DNA of 45,187 nt from Bacilli bacterium. GTDB lineage: Bacteria; Bacillota_I; Bacilli_A; ML615J-28; CAG-698. Positions 15,087 to 24,789 of the stretch are shown here, in pieces. Each line of letters begins with the position of its first letter. The stretch's first letter is position 1. The stretch lies in the NCBI GenBank assembly GCA_023228385.1, contig JALOBF010000002.1:1-45187 (forward strand), read 5' to 3'. Position numbers and translations under genes: made by a program. The notes beneath the pieces were generated by a model. The model did no database searches, had not been told where the DNA came from, and worked only from the letters and a program-made list of their open reading frames with translations.

Positions 15087-17521
15087 AGTGTTTCCGAAAA
15101 CAATTCTATCTTAAAAATATTGCATCAAGCAGCATTATCAGGAAAATTGAATTTGATGTAAACCGCTCCTTCAATAATGGTATTATTAAAATAAATTCGA
15201 TTACACATGTGTTGTCAGTTGAATTTAAAAATTGCGATAAAATCGATGAAGATATATCACTTATTCTTGATACCATTAAAAATGTCGATCAAAATATTGA
15301 AATCGAAGAAAAAGAGATAAACCCAACTTATCGTAAAATATTATGGCTGGAAAATCTTGATTGTGCTAATTGTGCCGCCAAAATAGAACGAATTGCTAAA
15401 AGAACGTTTAATCATGAATTAATCATTGTCGATTTTGCATCAACCCGCTTTATTATTGAGTCTAGCGATAAAAACCTAATTGATAATTTACAAGAGAAGG
15501 TACAAAACATTGCCGAAAGTGTTGATGCGGATATTAAAGTTCAGGCGGTTATTAAGCAAAAGCCTTTTTATGAAAGCAGCATTAAAATAGACAAAGGGAG
15601 AAGAACATATTTCATTATCGGCTTTTCTATTTTTTTGTTAGGGTTTATTTTAAAGACTATTTTAAGACGGTTTGACATCAAAGAGTTTTTGATTTATACA
15701 ATTATTTATGTTACCTATGTTACCGGCTATATTTTATTGGCAGGCGATATTCTTTATGGTGCTTTTAAAAATATTAAATCCGGACGCATCTTTGATGAGA
15801 AATTTTTAATGTCAATGGCAACGATAATCGCTTTTGCCGTTGGCTATTATGATGAAGCCGTATTTATTATGATATTTTATCGTATCGGTGAATTGTGTCA
15901 GCAGTATGCAGTTAACTATTCCCGCCGCTCCATTGCCAAACTAATCGATATTCAGCCGCAAAAAGCTTCATTATTCGTAAATGATGAATTAGTTGAAGTC
16001 GACCCAATGGAAATCGTTGTCGGAGATGTTATTTTTGTGCGCCCCGGTGAACGCATCCCTCTGGACGGTATGGTAATTGAAGGAGAAGGGGCGATTGATG
16101 CTTCAGCATTAACCGGGGAAAGTATTCACCGGGATGTCAGTGAAGGAGATGAAGTTTTATCAGGAACTATTAATATTGACGGCAATTTAAATATTAAAGT
16201 GACTAAAATATATGAAGATTCAATGGCTTCAAAAATCTTGAATCTTGTTGAAAACGCGAGTAGTCTAAAATCAAAGTCAGAAAACTTTATTTCTAAATTT
16301 GCTAAATATTATACGCCGACTATTGTTATTTTGGCGTTAATCATTGCCGCGGTTCTGCCGTTTATTAATCCGACGCTTGTTATAGGTTGGAAAGACGGTT
16401 TTAAACACTCGATTAAAATTGCATTGATTTTTCTTGTTGTATCTTGCCCATGCGCCCTGGTAATTTCGATACCATTGGGTTTTTTCGGTGGCATTGGCGG
16501 TGCCAGTCGTCAAGGTATACTGGTAAAGGGAAGCAATTATCTTGAAACTTTGAATTTTGTCGAGTATTTCGCTTTCGATAAAACCGGCACCTTAACAAAG
16601 GGAAAATTTGTTCTAGATAGGATTATCAGTTATAATGATTTCCGTGAAGAAAAACTATTGGAATTAGCGGCGCATGCCGAATTCAATTCTAAACATTTAA
16701 TCGCTAAAGCAATAATTGATGCTTACGGCGCTGATAATATATCGGTACAAAGAATTCGCTTTAAAAAGTTTGCGGTTGGGACCGGCGTAAACAATAAGGT
16801 TGACAAATATGATATTCATATTGGTCGGGTCGAATATCTTACGGATAACGGAATTCTGGTTAAAGAAATTGATGAGCCGGGCAATAAAGTTTATATGGCC
16901 ATTAATAATAATGTTGAAGGCTGTTTTATTATTAAGGATGAAATTAAAGAAAATGCTGCGACCGCTATCGCTGAGTTACGGGATATGGGTATAAAGAAAA
17001 CATTTATGCTGACCGGCGATAATGAGCTGATAGCTGAAGAAGTTAGTGCTCAGCTGGGTATCGATGAATTTTATGCTAATATGTCACCGATTGACAAGGT
17101 TGAAAAAGTGTTGGAATTAAAACAGGGATTAAGTAAAACTAATGAAAAAATTGCTTATGTTGGTGATGGAATAAATGATGCCCCCGTATTAAGTAGTGCC
17201 GATGTCGGTATTGCTATGGGTGGATTAGGCAGTGATGCGGCGATTGAAGTAGCAGATATCGTATTGATGACCGATGATTTAAGCAAACTTGCAACTGCTA
17301 AGAAAATAGCTAAAAAAACAAGAAAAATCGTAATACAAAATATTTGTCTAGCATTAATTGTTAAAATATCTGTATTGTTACTTGCTTTACTGGAACCTTT
17401 TATTAATAATTCGTTTTTTGCTTTTATTCTTGATTATTTGATATATGAAGCGTTATTTGCCGATGTCGGTGTGTCACTCATTGCCATTCTTAATTCATTA
17501 AGAGCAATGCGATTAAACTAA
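15083..17521 (+). CDS. P1B-type heavy-metal (Zn/Cd/Pb-class) translocating ATPase
   Basis: About 812 aa from ATG 15083. HMA domain with DCANCAAKIE, TM6 CPC, DKTGT, GDGINDAP, and a C-terminal FADVGVSLIAILNSLR (D-x-G) typical of the P1B-2 subgroup as I recall it. Confidence 0.9.
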   Translation: MKCFRKQFYLKNIASSSIIRKIEFDVNRSFNNGIIKINSITHVLSVEFKNCDKIDEDISLILDTIKNVDQNIEIEEKEINPTYRKILWLENLDCANCAAKIERIAKRTFNHELIIVDFASTRFIIESSDKNLIDNLQEKVQNIAESVDADIKVQAVIKQKPFYESSIKIDKGRRTYFIIGFSIFLLGFILKTILRRFDIKEFLIYTIIYVTYVTGYILLAGDILYGAFKNIKSGRIFDEKFLMSMATIIAFAVGYYDEAVFIMIFYRIGELCQQYAVNYSRRSIAKLIDIQPQKASLFVNDELVEVDPMEIVVGDVIFVRPGERIPLDGMVIEGEGAIDASALTGESIHRDVSEGDEVLSGTINIDGNLNIKVTKIYEDSMASKILNLVENASSLKSKSENFISKFAKYYTPTIVILALIIAAVLPFINPTLVIGWKDGFKHSIKIALIFLVVSCPCALVISIPLGFFGGIGGASRQGILVKGSNYLETLNFVEYFAFDKTGTLTKGKFVLDRIISYNDFREEKLLELAAHAEFNSKHLIAKAIIDAYGADNISVQRIRFKKFAVGTGVNNKVDKYDIHIGRVEYLTDNGILVKEIDEPGNKVYMAINNNVEGCFIIKDEIKENAATAIAELRDMGIKKTFMLTGDNELIAEEVSAQLGIDEFYANMSPIDKVEKVLELKQGLSKTNEKIAYVGDGINDAPVLSSADVGIAMGGLGSDAAIEVADIVLMTDDLSKLATAKKIAKKTRKIVIQNICLALIVKISVLLLALLEPFINNSFFAFILDYLIYEALFADVGVSLIAILNSLRAMRLN

Positions 17522-17545
17522 TAATATTATTATAAGAGGTACAAG

Positions 17546-18052
17546 ATGGATTACATTCATATTGGTACAATTAAGGGTACCCATGGTATAAAAGGGGAAG
17601 TAAAAGTAAAATCAGATTCCGGTTTTAAAGCAGAAAGATTTAAAATAAACAGCACACTTTATCTTAAATATCAACAGGATATGATTAAAATTATAATAAA
17701 TTCATACCGTACTCATAATAATTATGATTTAATTACTTTTAATAATATCGCTAGTATTAACGATGTCCTTGATTATATAAACTGTGATATCTATATTCAT
17801 AAAAATCAATTGCCTATGCTTGAAGATGACGAATATTATTATTATCAATTAATCGGGTTAAAAGCGGTTGATGGCGAGGGAGACCTTATTGGCAAGATTG
17901 CCGATGTCCAGGAATATCCGCAAGGAGCGATGTTGGTTATCGAGCAGAGAAACGGCAAACTATCGTTAGTTCCGTTTGTCGGAACCTTTGTTCATAACAT
18001 TGATTTGGAAAATGGCCGAGTTGTAATTACGCCGATCGAGGGATTATTATGA
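17546..18052 (+). CDS. rimM: 16S rRNA processing protein RimM
   Basis: 168 aa. IGTIKGTHGIKGEVKV N-terminus and a PRC-barrel C-terminus. Overlaps the trmD start. Confidence 0.9.
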   Translation: MDYIHIGTIKGTHGIKGEVKVKSDSGFKAERFKINSTLYLKYQQDMIKIIINSYRTHNNYDLITFNNIASINDVLDYINCDIYIHKNQLPMLEDDEYYYYQLIGLKAVDGEGDLIGKIADVQEYPQGAMLVIEQRNGKLSLVPFVGTFVHNIDLENGRVVITPIEGLL

Positions 18053-18777
18053 GAATAGATATTCTCACTTTATTTCCCGAGATGTTCTCAGGGCTAAACG
18101 CTTCAATTATAAAAAGAGCAGTTGAAAAACAATTTGCCGCCATTAAAATTCATGATTTTCGCCTGTTTTCCAACGATAAGAATAAAAGAGTCGATGATTA
18201 TTCCTATGGCGGCGGTGCGGGAATGATTATTTCAGTGCAACCAATTATTGATTGCCTCCGCTCCATAAAAAACTTTCAACAAGCAAGAAAGATTTTGACT
18301 ACTCCGGTTGGAAAGGTTTATAATCAAAATAAGGCACAAACTCTCTCAAAAGAAAAGCATTTGATTATTGTATGCGGTCATTATGAAGGAATAGATGCTC
18401 GAATATACCAATATATTGATGAGACAATATCAATTGGCGATTATATATTGACCGGCGGTGAAATTGCTGCCTCAGTAATAGTTGATAGTGTTGTTCGTCT
18501 TATTCCTGGTGTTTTGGGCAATGAGGATTCTAACCTAATTGAAAGTTTTGACGATATGTTATTGGAATTTCCTCAATATACCCGACCGCAAAAATTTGAA
18601 GGTTTGGAAGTTCCTGAAATTTTGATATCGGGCGATCATGAAAAAGTGCGTCAATATCGGCGTTTTAAATCATTGGAACGCACTTATCATAATCGTTATG
18701 ATTTGCTTCTGAAAGCAAACCTTACCCCTGAAGATTATCGCTTTTTGGAAAAAATTAAGCGTGGTGAGGATTTTTGA
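18049..18777 (+). CDS. trmD: tRNA (guanine37-N1)-methyltransferase
   Basis: 242 aa. MRIDILTLFPEMF, YSYGGGAGMI, CGHYEGIDARI. Confidence 0.96.
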   Translation: MRIDILTLFPEMFSGLNASIIKRAVEKQFAAIKIHDFRLFSNDKNKRVDDYSYGGGAGMIISVQPIIDCLRSIKNFQQARKILTTPVGKVYNQNKAQTLSKEKHLIIVCGHYEGIDARIYQYIDETISIGDYILTGGEIAASVIVDSVVRLIPGVLGNEDSNLIESFDDMLLEFPQYTRPQKFEGLEVPEILISGDHEKVRQYRRFKSLERTYHNRYDLLLKANLTPEDYRFLEKIKRGEDF

Positions 18778-19229
18778 AAAACAAATTAATTATTATGTTA
18801 TTTGTCGTATTATTTTTATTGTCAGCATGCAAAAGTCAGGGTAAAATTTATAAGGATGAAGATATAGATGACTTTGATAGAATTTTAAATTACATCGGTA
18901 ATGGTAATACAAAAGCATATGATCTGCGAAGTTACAATGATTGTGTTGCCGGCAGGATACCTGGTTTTTTCTGTATGCGGACAATTCGATCCGGTAAGGT
19001 AAGATCATTGGAAGAGATTGCTTCTGACTTAATGATTTTATTAGGTGACAAATATAATTTCCGTATTATTTTAATTGATTATAACGGTGAAGATGCTCGT
19101 CATTTTACCGAGTTAATGAATAATTCTGGTTATTACAATATTCATTATTTCGCCGGTGGATATAATCGTTATGTTGAGTTAAAAGGTAACGATTTTGTGC
19201 CTGAGATCGGCGAATGCAACGGTTGTTAA
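18774..19229 (+). CDS. Lipoprotein with a degenerate rhodanese-like domain
   Basis: TTG start (18774) overlapping the trmD TGA, after GGTGAGGA. Signal plus lipobox LLSAC. Rhodanese-like DLRSYNDCVAGRIPG...ILIDYNGEDAR...FAGGYNRY with Asp where the catalytic Cys loop normally starts. C-terminal ECNGC. Confidence 0.55.
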   Translation: MKNKLIIMLFVVLFLLSACKSQGKIYKDEDIDDFDRILNYIGNGNTKAYDLRSYNDCVAGRIPGFFCMRTIRSGKVRSLEEIASDLMILLGDKYNFRIILIDYNGEDARHFTELMNNSGYYNIHYFAGGYNRYVELKGNDFVPEIGECNGC

Positions 19230-19237
19230 AATAATAC

Positions 19238-19266
19238 TTGCTAAACAGCGTTATATGTTGTATAAT
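19238..19266 (+). promoter_or_regulatory. Sigma-A promoter of rplS
   Basis: TTGCTA (19238-19243), 17 nt, TATAAT (19261-19266). Confidence 0.5.
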
Positions 19267-19290
19267 ATCCAAGGTAATAATGTCAATAAA

Positions 19291-19321
19291 GGTATTCCGC
19301 TGCAAATAATGTATGAATACC
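19291..19321 (+). promoter_or_regulatory. Stem-loop in the rplS 5' UTR (possible L19 autoregulatory leader)
   Basis: GGTATTC (19291-19297) pairs with GAATACC (19315-19321), just upstream of the AAGGAG SD. An L19 leader motif is described upstream of rplS in low-GC Gram-positives. I cannot verify the consensus by eye. Confidence 0.3.
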
Positions 19322-19343
19322 GGTTATAAGGAGCGTGATAATA

Positions 19344-19691
19344 ATGAGTCAACAATTAATTTCTGACATTACCAATGAATATCTTCAAACATCTATACCT
19401 GAATTCAGACCCGGTGATACCGTTAAGGTTCATGTTAAAATTGTCGAAGGAAACCGTGAACGAATCCAGATCTTTGAAGGGTTGGTTATTAAAAGACGCG
19501 GCAGCGGGATTAGTGAAACCTTTACGGTTCGTAAAAGTTCCTATGGTGTCGGTGTCGAAAGGACTTTTCCTGTCCATTCCCCGAAAATTGCTACGATAGC
19601 AGTTGTTCGTAAAGGAAAGGTTCGCCGGGCTAAGCTTAATTATATTCGTAAATTATCAGCTAAAGCCGCCAGAATTAAAGAAAGAAGATAG
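19344..19691 (+). CDS. rplS: 50S ribosomal protein L19
   Basis: 115 aa from ATG 19344 (AAGGAG SD). [29 protein letters not shown] is canonical L19. Confidence 0.96.
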   Translation: MSQQLISDITNEYLQTSIPEFRPGDTVKVHVKIVEGNRERIQIFEGLVIKRRGSGISETFTVRKSSYGVGVERTFPVHSPKIATIAVVRKGKVRRAKLNYIRKLSAKAARIKERR

Positions 19692-19692
19692 T

Positions 19693-19717
19693 AAAAAAAC
19701 AGCATATGCTGTTTTTT
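19693..19717 (+). terminator. Rho-independent terminator after rplS
   Basis: AAAAAAACAGC-ATAT-GCTGTTTTTT palindrome with a 6-T run. Confidence 0.75.
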
Positions 19718-19780
19718 AATAATTATTGATAAATTTTAAATTTATGATATGATAGATGTATTAATATTATGGAGGGTACC

Positions 19781-21004
19781 ATGAATTTAAACAAATTAAA
19801 CAAATATGCTCAACTGATTACAGAAGTGGGCGCTAATGTGCAAAAAGGGCAAACAGTAGTCATTAATTCTCCGGTGGAGTGTAAGGAATTTGCCCGGTTG
19901 TTAGTAGAAAAGGCATATCGCCGGGGTGCGGCTGAGGTTATTATGCGATGGAACGATGAGATTGTTATGAAACAATTTTATACTTATGCTAAAAAGGATG
20001 TATTACAAGAAGTGCCTGATTATTTTGTTGCTCAACATCAATATTTTATTGATAAAACGGTAGCAACAATTTCAATTTCAGCACCGACTCCGGAATTATT
20101 AAAGGATATTGAACCAAATAAAATTCAGGTTCATACTAAGGCAATCAATCAACGACTTGATTTTTATCGAAAATTTTTGATGGGTAACGGCGCACAATGG
20201 TGTATTGCATCGTATCCAACCGAAGAATGGGCAACCAAAGTATTTCCCGGTAATAATAGTTTTGATAAATTATTAGATGCAATCCTTATTGCTTCCCGTG
20301 TAACCGAAGAAAATGATCCGGTTTTGGAATGGCAAGAACATATTAAAAATTTGGCTAAGCGTAACAAGATATTGAATGATTATAACTTTGCATATTTAAA
20401 GTTTAAAAATGCATTGGGCACCGATATAAAAATCGGATTAGTTGATGGCCATATTTGGGCCGGTGGTGGCGAAACCGCTAAAAACGGAGTTGTTTTTGCC
20501 CCTAATATTCCTACTGAGGAAGCATTTACAATGCCCCATAAAGCTAAAGTGAACGGAAAGGTTGTGGCTACCAAACCGTTAAATTATAATGGTAAGTTAA
20601 TTGAAGATTTTTATTTAATATTCAAAGACGGAAAGGTTGTGGAATACGGTGCCCGCCAAGAAAAGGAAACACTAAAAAATTTACTAGAAGTTGATGCGGG
20701 CAGTTCTTCTATCGGTGAATTAGCTTTAATCCCTCATGACTCTCCAATATCTAATACCGGAATTCTCTTTTATAATACTCTCTTTGATGAAAATGCCTCT
20801 TGTCATTTAGCGCTTGGCAGCGCCTATTCGATGAACATTAAAGATAGCGAAAAAATGACGGAAAAAGAGATGATTGCGCAAGGATTCAACAAATCAATGA
20901 TCCATGTTGATTTCATGTTTGGTAGTGAAGATATGGGAATTGTCGGTATTACACCCGAAGGGAAAGAAGTTACAGTCTTTAAAAACGGTAATTTTGTATT
21001 TTAA
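19781..21004 (+). CDS. pepS: M29-family aminopeptidase (PepS/AmpS)
   Basis: 407 aa from ATG 19781 (GGAGGG SD). N-terminal LNKYAQLI...GANVQKGQ and DENASCHLALG typical of aminopeptidase II / M29. Confidence 0.85.
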   Translation: MNLNKLNKYAQLITEVGANVQKGQTVVINSPVECKEFARLLVEKAYRRGAAEVIMRWNDEIVMKQFYTYAKKDVLQEVPDYFVAQHQYFIDKTVATISISAPTPELLKDIEPNKIQVHTKAINQRLDFYRKFLMGNGAQWCIASYPTEEWATKVFPGNNSFDKLLDAILIASRVTEENDPVLEWQEHIKNLAKRNKILNDYNFAYLKFKNALGTDIKIGLVDGHIWAGGGETAKNGVVFAPNIPTEEAFTMPHKAKVNGKVVATKPLNYNGKLIEDFYLIFKDGKVVEYGARQEKETLKNLLEVDAGSSSIGELALIPHDSPISNTGILFYNTLFDENASCHLALGSAYSMNIKDSEKMTEKEMIAQGFNKSMIHVDFMFGSEDMGIVGITPEGKEVTVFKNGNFVF

Positions 21005-21089
21005 CATTTATGGGCTGGTTTATTAAAAATCAGTCCTTTTTTTGTTGCCCAATATCTTGATTTTTCATAGTATAATACGAGGTGAAAAA

Positions 21090-22355
21090 ATGGAAAAATT
21101 CCATTTAATTGGTATTAAAGGAACCGGAATGTCGGCTCTGGCTGGAATATTAAAAGATTTGGGATGTGATGTAACCGGGAGCGATGTTAAAGAAGAGTTC
21201 TTTACTTCCAAAAAATTAAAAATAAAAAATATAAAGGTTTTACCGTTTTCTGCGGCAAATATTCTGGAAGGGAAGGTATATATTGCCAGCAGTTGTTATA
21301 AAGAGGATAATGTCGAGATAGCAGCGGTAAAGGCTCAAAAATTACCGTTTTATTATTATCATGAGTTTATAGAAATATATTTTAAAGCACCTAAAATCGG
21401 CATCTCCGGAACACATGGAAAAACGACAACCACAAGTTTGGTTGCAAAATTTTTCGAAGATAAAAAAATATCATTCTTAATTGGTGACGGAACCGGTAAA
21501 GGAGAAATTAATTCGGAATTTTTTATATTCGAAGCGTGTGAATACAAAAATCATTTATTAAATTATACATTTGATTATTTAATAATTAACAATATTGATC
21601 TTGATCATCCTGATTTTTTTAAATCAATTGATGATGTGTTGGCGACTTTTCAAAAAGCCGGAAAAAGCGCAAAATATCTTGTAATTAATAATGATGATGA
21701 GTATTGCCGTAAGATAGAGCATCCGGTAAAAATTACCTTTGGGATGAATAATGCTGATATTTGCGGAAAAATTTTGGAGAAACATAAAAATGGTTTTATT
21801 CTAGAAGTCAATGTCAAAGGTAAGGTTTACGATTATTTTTTACCGTTTCCGGGATTGCATATGATATATAACTTTTTGGCGGCTTTAACCGTAAGTTATT
21901 TAAACAATATTGATTTAAATATAATACAAGAAAAGTTACTGAATTATCAGCGGCCATCGCGAAGGATGGAAGAATATTTTTATTATGATAATGTAATTAT
22001 TGACGACTATGCACATCATCCTTTGGAAATAAAAATGTGTCTTGATGCTATAAGACAAAGTTATCCGGACAAGAATATCGTTGTTATATTTCAACCGCAT
22101 ACATATAGCCGAACTTTACGATTAAAAAAATCATTCAAAGAAGTTTTTACCGGTGTAAAGCTTTATCTTGCAAAAACATTTACCTCAAAAAGAGAAAACG
22201 ATGATAAAAAACTTGATTATGATGTAATAAAGATCTTTAACAATGCCACGCCCTTTCATGAAAAACATTTAAAAGAAATTAAAAGACTACATAATTCAGT
22301 AATTCTATTTTTAGGTGCAGGCAATATTGACAAATATATTAAGCAATTATTATGA
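21090..22355 (+). CDS. murC: UDP-N-acetylmuramate--L-alanine ligase
   Basis: 421 aa from ATG 21090. IGIKGTGMSALA N-terminus and Mur-ligase P-loop GTHGKTTTTS. Its presence implies a peptidoglycan wall. Confidence 0.9.
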   Translation: MEKFHLIGIKGTGMSALAGILKDLGCDVTGSDVKEEFFTSKKLKIKNIKVLPFSAANILEGKVYIASSCYKEDNVEIAAVKAQKLPFYYYHEFIEIYFKAPKIGISGTHGKTTTTSLVAKFFEDKKISFLIGDGTGKGEINSEFFIFEACEYKNHLLNYTFDYLIINNIDLDHPDFFKSIDDVLATFQKAGKSAKYLVINNDDEYCRKIEHPVKITFGMNNADICGKILEKHKNGFILEVNVKGKVYDYFLPFPGLHMIYNFLAALTVSYLNNIDLNIIQEKLLNYQRPSRRMEEYFYYDNVIIDDYAHHPLEIKMCLDAIRQSYPDKNIVVIFQPHTYSRTLRLKKSFKEVFTGVKLYLAKTFTSKRENDDKKLDYDVIKIFNNATPFHEKHLKEIKRLHNSVILFLGAGNIDKYIKQLL

Positions 22356-22415
22356 AAATACTTGCTTTTATTTTCATAATATGATAATATAAATAAAAGG
22401 TAAAGAGAGGTGAAG

Positions 22416-23420
22416 ATGATGAATCAAGTGAAAATTTACGACATAGCAGGTGCTGCCGGAGTAAGTTTAGCTACAGTTTCCCGTGTGTTAAATCACCCCG
22501 AGAAGGTTAAAGAGTCGACGCGGACTAGGGTATTAAAAATTATCAAAGAAAAAGGATATAAGCCTAATGCCAACGCCCGTGGACTGGCCAGTCGCCGATC
22601 AACAACAGTTGCGATTGTGATGCCGAGAATAACCAGAGCTTCGGTTGCGGAAATGATTCAAGGCATAGATGATAGCGCTAAGAAATTTGGTTATACCCTT
22701 CGCTTGTTCATCGGCGCCGATACTGAATTGCAACGAGATTTATGGGGGGATGTCATTGCCTCAAGCGTAGACGGCATACTGTTTATGAATGATGAAATGA
22801 CACCTGAAACTTTTAAACTGCTTCAAAAGACTCCTGTTCCTGTGGTTTTTGTTAACGCTATATCGCAAACGGCGCAGTATACAAGCGTCTTAATTGATGA
22901 TGAAAAATGTGCTTATGATGTTACAAAAGAAATGATTAATCGTGGGAATAAAGACATTTTGTTTATTTCTACTGAGCACAAATATACTGTTAACGATATG
23001 AAACAAAAAGGATATGAAAAAGCGATGCGTGAACATAGCCTTCCGCTAAATATTATTTATTCAAGCGGTGATGTTGGCGTAAATGAAAAAGATTTTACTG
23101 AAGTAATTGACAAGAAAGTTCCGGAAGTCGCTTTAGCTGTCCGCGATTCAATGGCAATTTCTTTTATGAATGTTGTTATCAAGAAAGGTTACAAAGTACC
23201 TGAGGATTTACAGGTTATTGGTTTTCAAAACACAAGATATGCAGTATTGTCTAATCCGAAATTGACCTGTGTTGAGACACCGATTTATGATATTGGGAAT
23301 CAAGCAATGGCTTATTTAACTGAATTGATGAAACGTAACGGGGAACACCAAAAAGCCCAAAAAGAGCATGCCAATATTTATGTGCCATACAGAATGATTT
23401 GGCGCGAATCAACTAGATAA
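22416..23420 (+). CDS. ccpA: LacI-family regulator, probable catabolite control protein A
   Basis: HTH IYDIAGAAGVSLATVSRVLN. Colinear by eye with B. subtilis CcpA blocks (ARGLASRRSTTVAIVMP, VDGILFMN, PEDLQVIGFQNTRYAVLSNPKLTCVETPIYDIGNQAMAYLTELM). murC-ccpA-tyrS proximity also occurs in Bacillus. Confidence 0.65.
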   Translation: MMNQVKIYDIAGAAGVSLATVSRVLNHPEKVKESTRTRVLKIIKEKGYKPNANARGLASRRSTTVAIVMPRITRASVAEMIQGIDDSAKKFGYTLRLFIGADTELQRDLWGDVIASSVDGILFMNDEMTPETFKLLQKTPVPVVFVNAISQTAQYTSVLIDDEKCAYDVTKEMINRGNKDILFISTEHKYTVNDMKQKGYEKAMREHSLPLNIIYSSGDVGVNEKDFTEVIDKKVPEVALAVRDSMAISFMNVVIKKGYKVPEDLQVIGFQNTRYAVLSNPKLTCVETPIYDIGNQAMAYLTELMKRNGEHQKAQKEHANIYVPYRMIWRESTR

Positions 23421-23498
23421 GTTAATTTAAATAAAAAAAGCAACAAAACATGTCCTTAGGGCATTCTTTAGTGCATTTTTAATATTAGGAGGATTATT

Positions 23499-24761
23499 AT
23501 GTCTTTATTGGAAGAATTGAAATGGCGTGGTTTGATTTATGACATAATCAATGAAGAAGAGTTAGAGAAAAGACTAAAGGAAAAACCGATAACTTTATAC
23601 TGTGGTTTTGATCCAACTGCGGAAAGCATGCATATTGGTTCGTTGTTACCGATGGTTACATTAATGCGGTTTTTAAAACAAGGGCATCGGATTATTATTC
23701 TAATCGGTGGAGGAACCGGTTTGATTGGTGATCCTAGCGGAAAAAAAAGCGCAAGAACTATGAATGAAGCCGAAACCGTACAGCAATGGGCCGAGGCTTT
23801 TAAAAAACAATTTTCCCGTTTTTTCTCTTTTGATAATAAAACTTGTATTTTAAAAAATAATTATGAATGGTTAAGCCAATTAAAAGCTATTGATATGTGG
23901 CGCGATTATGGCCAACACTTCAGCATAAATATGATGCTTGCAAAAGAAGCAATTAAATCACGACTCGAATCAGGTATTACGTATTTGGAATTTTCATATA
24001 TGATAATGCAAAGCATTGATTTTTTAAATATGTATCTGGATGATAATTTATGTTGTGAAATGCAAATTGGGGGACAAGATCAGTGGGGCAATATTACGGC
24101 TGGGTTGGACTTAATACGAAAAACAGTCGGCCCCGAAGCCCGTGTTTTTGGTTTAACTATTCCATTGATTACTAAAAATGATGGCACTAAATTTGGTAAA
24201 ACTGAATCGGGAACGGTATGGCTGGATAAAAATATTACCACCCCTTATGAAATGTATCAGTTTCTAATCAATACTACCGATGACGATGTAATAAGATTTC
24301 TCAAATACTATACTTTTTTAAGTAAAGAGGAAATAGATGGGCTTGAAGAAAGGGTTCAAACTAAACCGCATCTGCGTGAAGCACAAAAAGCGTTAGCGCG
24401 AGAAATTATGTTAATGGTTCATGGTGAAGCAGCTTATTGTCAAGCCGTTAAAGTGTCGGAATCATTGTTTAATGGTGATATCAAAAATTTAAGTGCCGAT
24501 GATATATCTGTTGGATTTAAAGATGTACCGTCAATTACAACGAAAGAAGATATTAATATAGTAGAGGCACTGGTTACCGTTAATGCTGCCAGCAGTAGAA
24601 GAGCAGCCCGGGAATTTATTAATAATGGTGCTGTCAGCGTGAATGGCGATATTATCAAAGATATTAATTATCTTATTACAATCGATAAGGCGATTGAAAA
24701 TGCTTTTACCGTAATTCGACGCGGAAAGAAAAATTATTATTTAATAAAGCATAAAAAGTAA
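23499..24761 (+). CDS. tyrS: Tyrosyl-tRNA synthetase
   Basis: 420 aa. HIGH-type MHIGSL, KMSKS-type KFGKTESG, C-terminal S4-like domain. Confidence 0.95.
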   Translation: MSLLEELKWRGLIYDIINEEELEKRLKEKPITLYCGFDPTAESMHIGSLLPMVTLMRFLKQGHRIIILIGGGTGLIGDPSGKKSARTMNEAETVQQWAEAFKKQFSRFFSFDNKTCILKNNYEWLSQLKAIDMWRDYGQHFSINMMLAKEAIKSRLESGITYLEFSYMIMQSIDFLNMYLDDNLCCEMQIGGQDQWGNITAGLDLIRKTVGPEARVFGLTIPLITKNDGTKFGKTESGTVWLDKNITTPYEMYQFLINTTDDDVIRFLKYYTFLSKEEIDGLEERVQTKPHLREAQKALAREIMLMVHGEAAYCQAVKVSESLFNGDIKNLSADDISVGFKDVPSITTKEDINIVEALVTVNAASSRRAAREFINNGAVSVNGDIIKDINYLITIDKAIENAFTVIRRGKKNYYLIKHKK

Positions 24762-24786
24762 AAAAGGTGATGATTTCACCTTTTTT
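24761..24786. terminator. Bidirectional terminator (tyrS / trpS)
   Basis: AAAAAGGTGA (24761-24770) / TCACCTTTTT (24776-24785), with A-run and T-run flanks serving both strands. Confidence 0.75.
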
Positions 24787-24789
24787 ATT

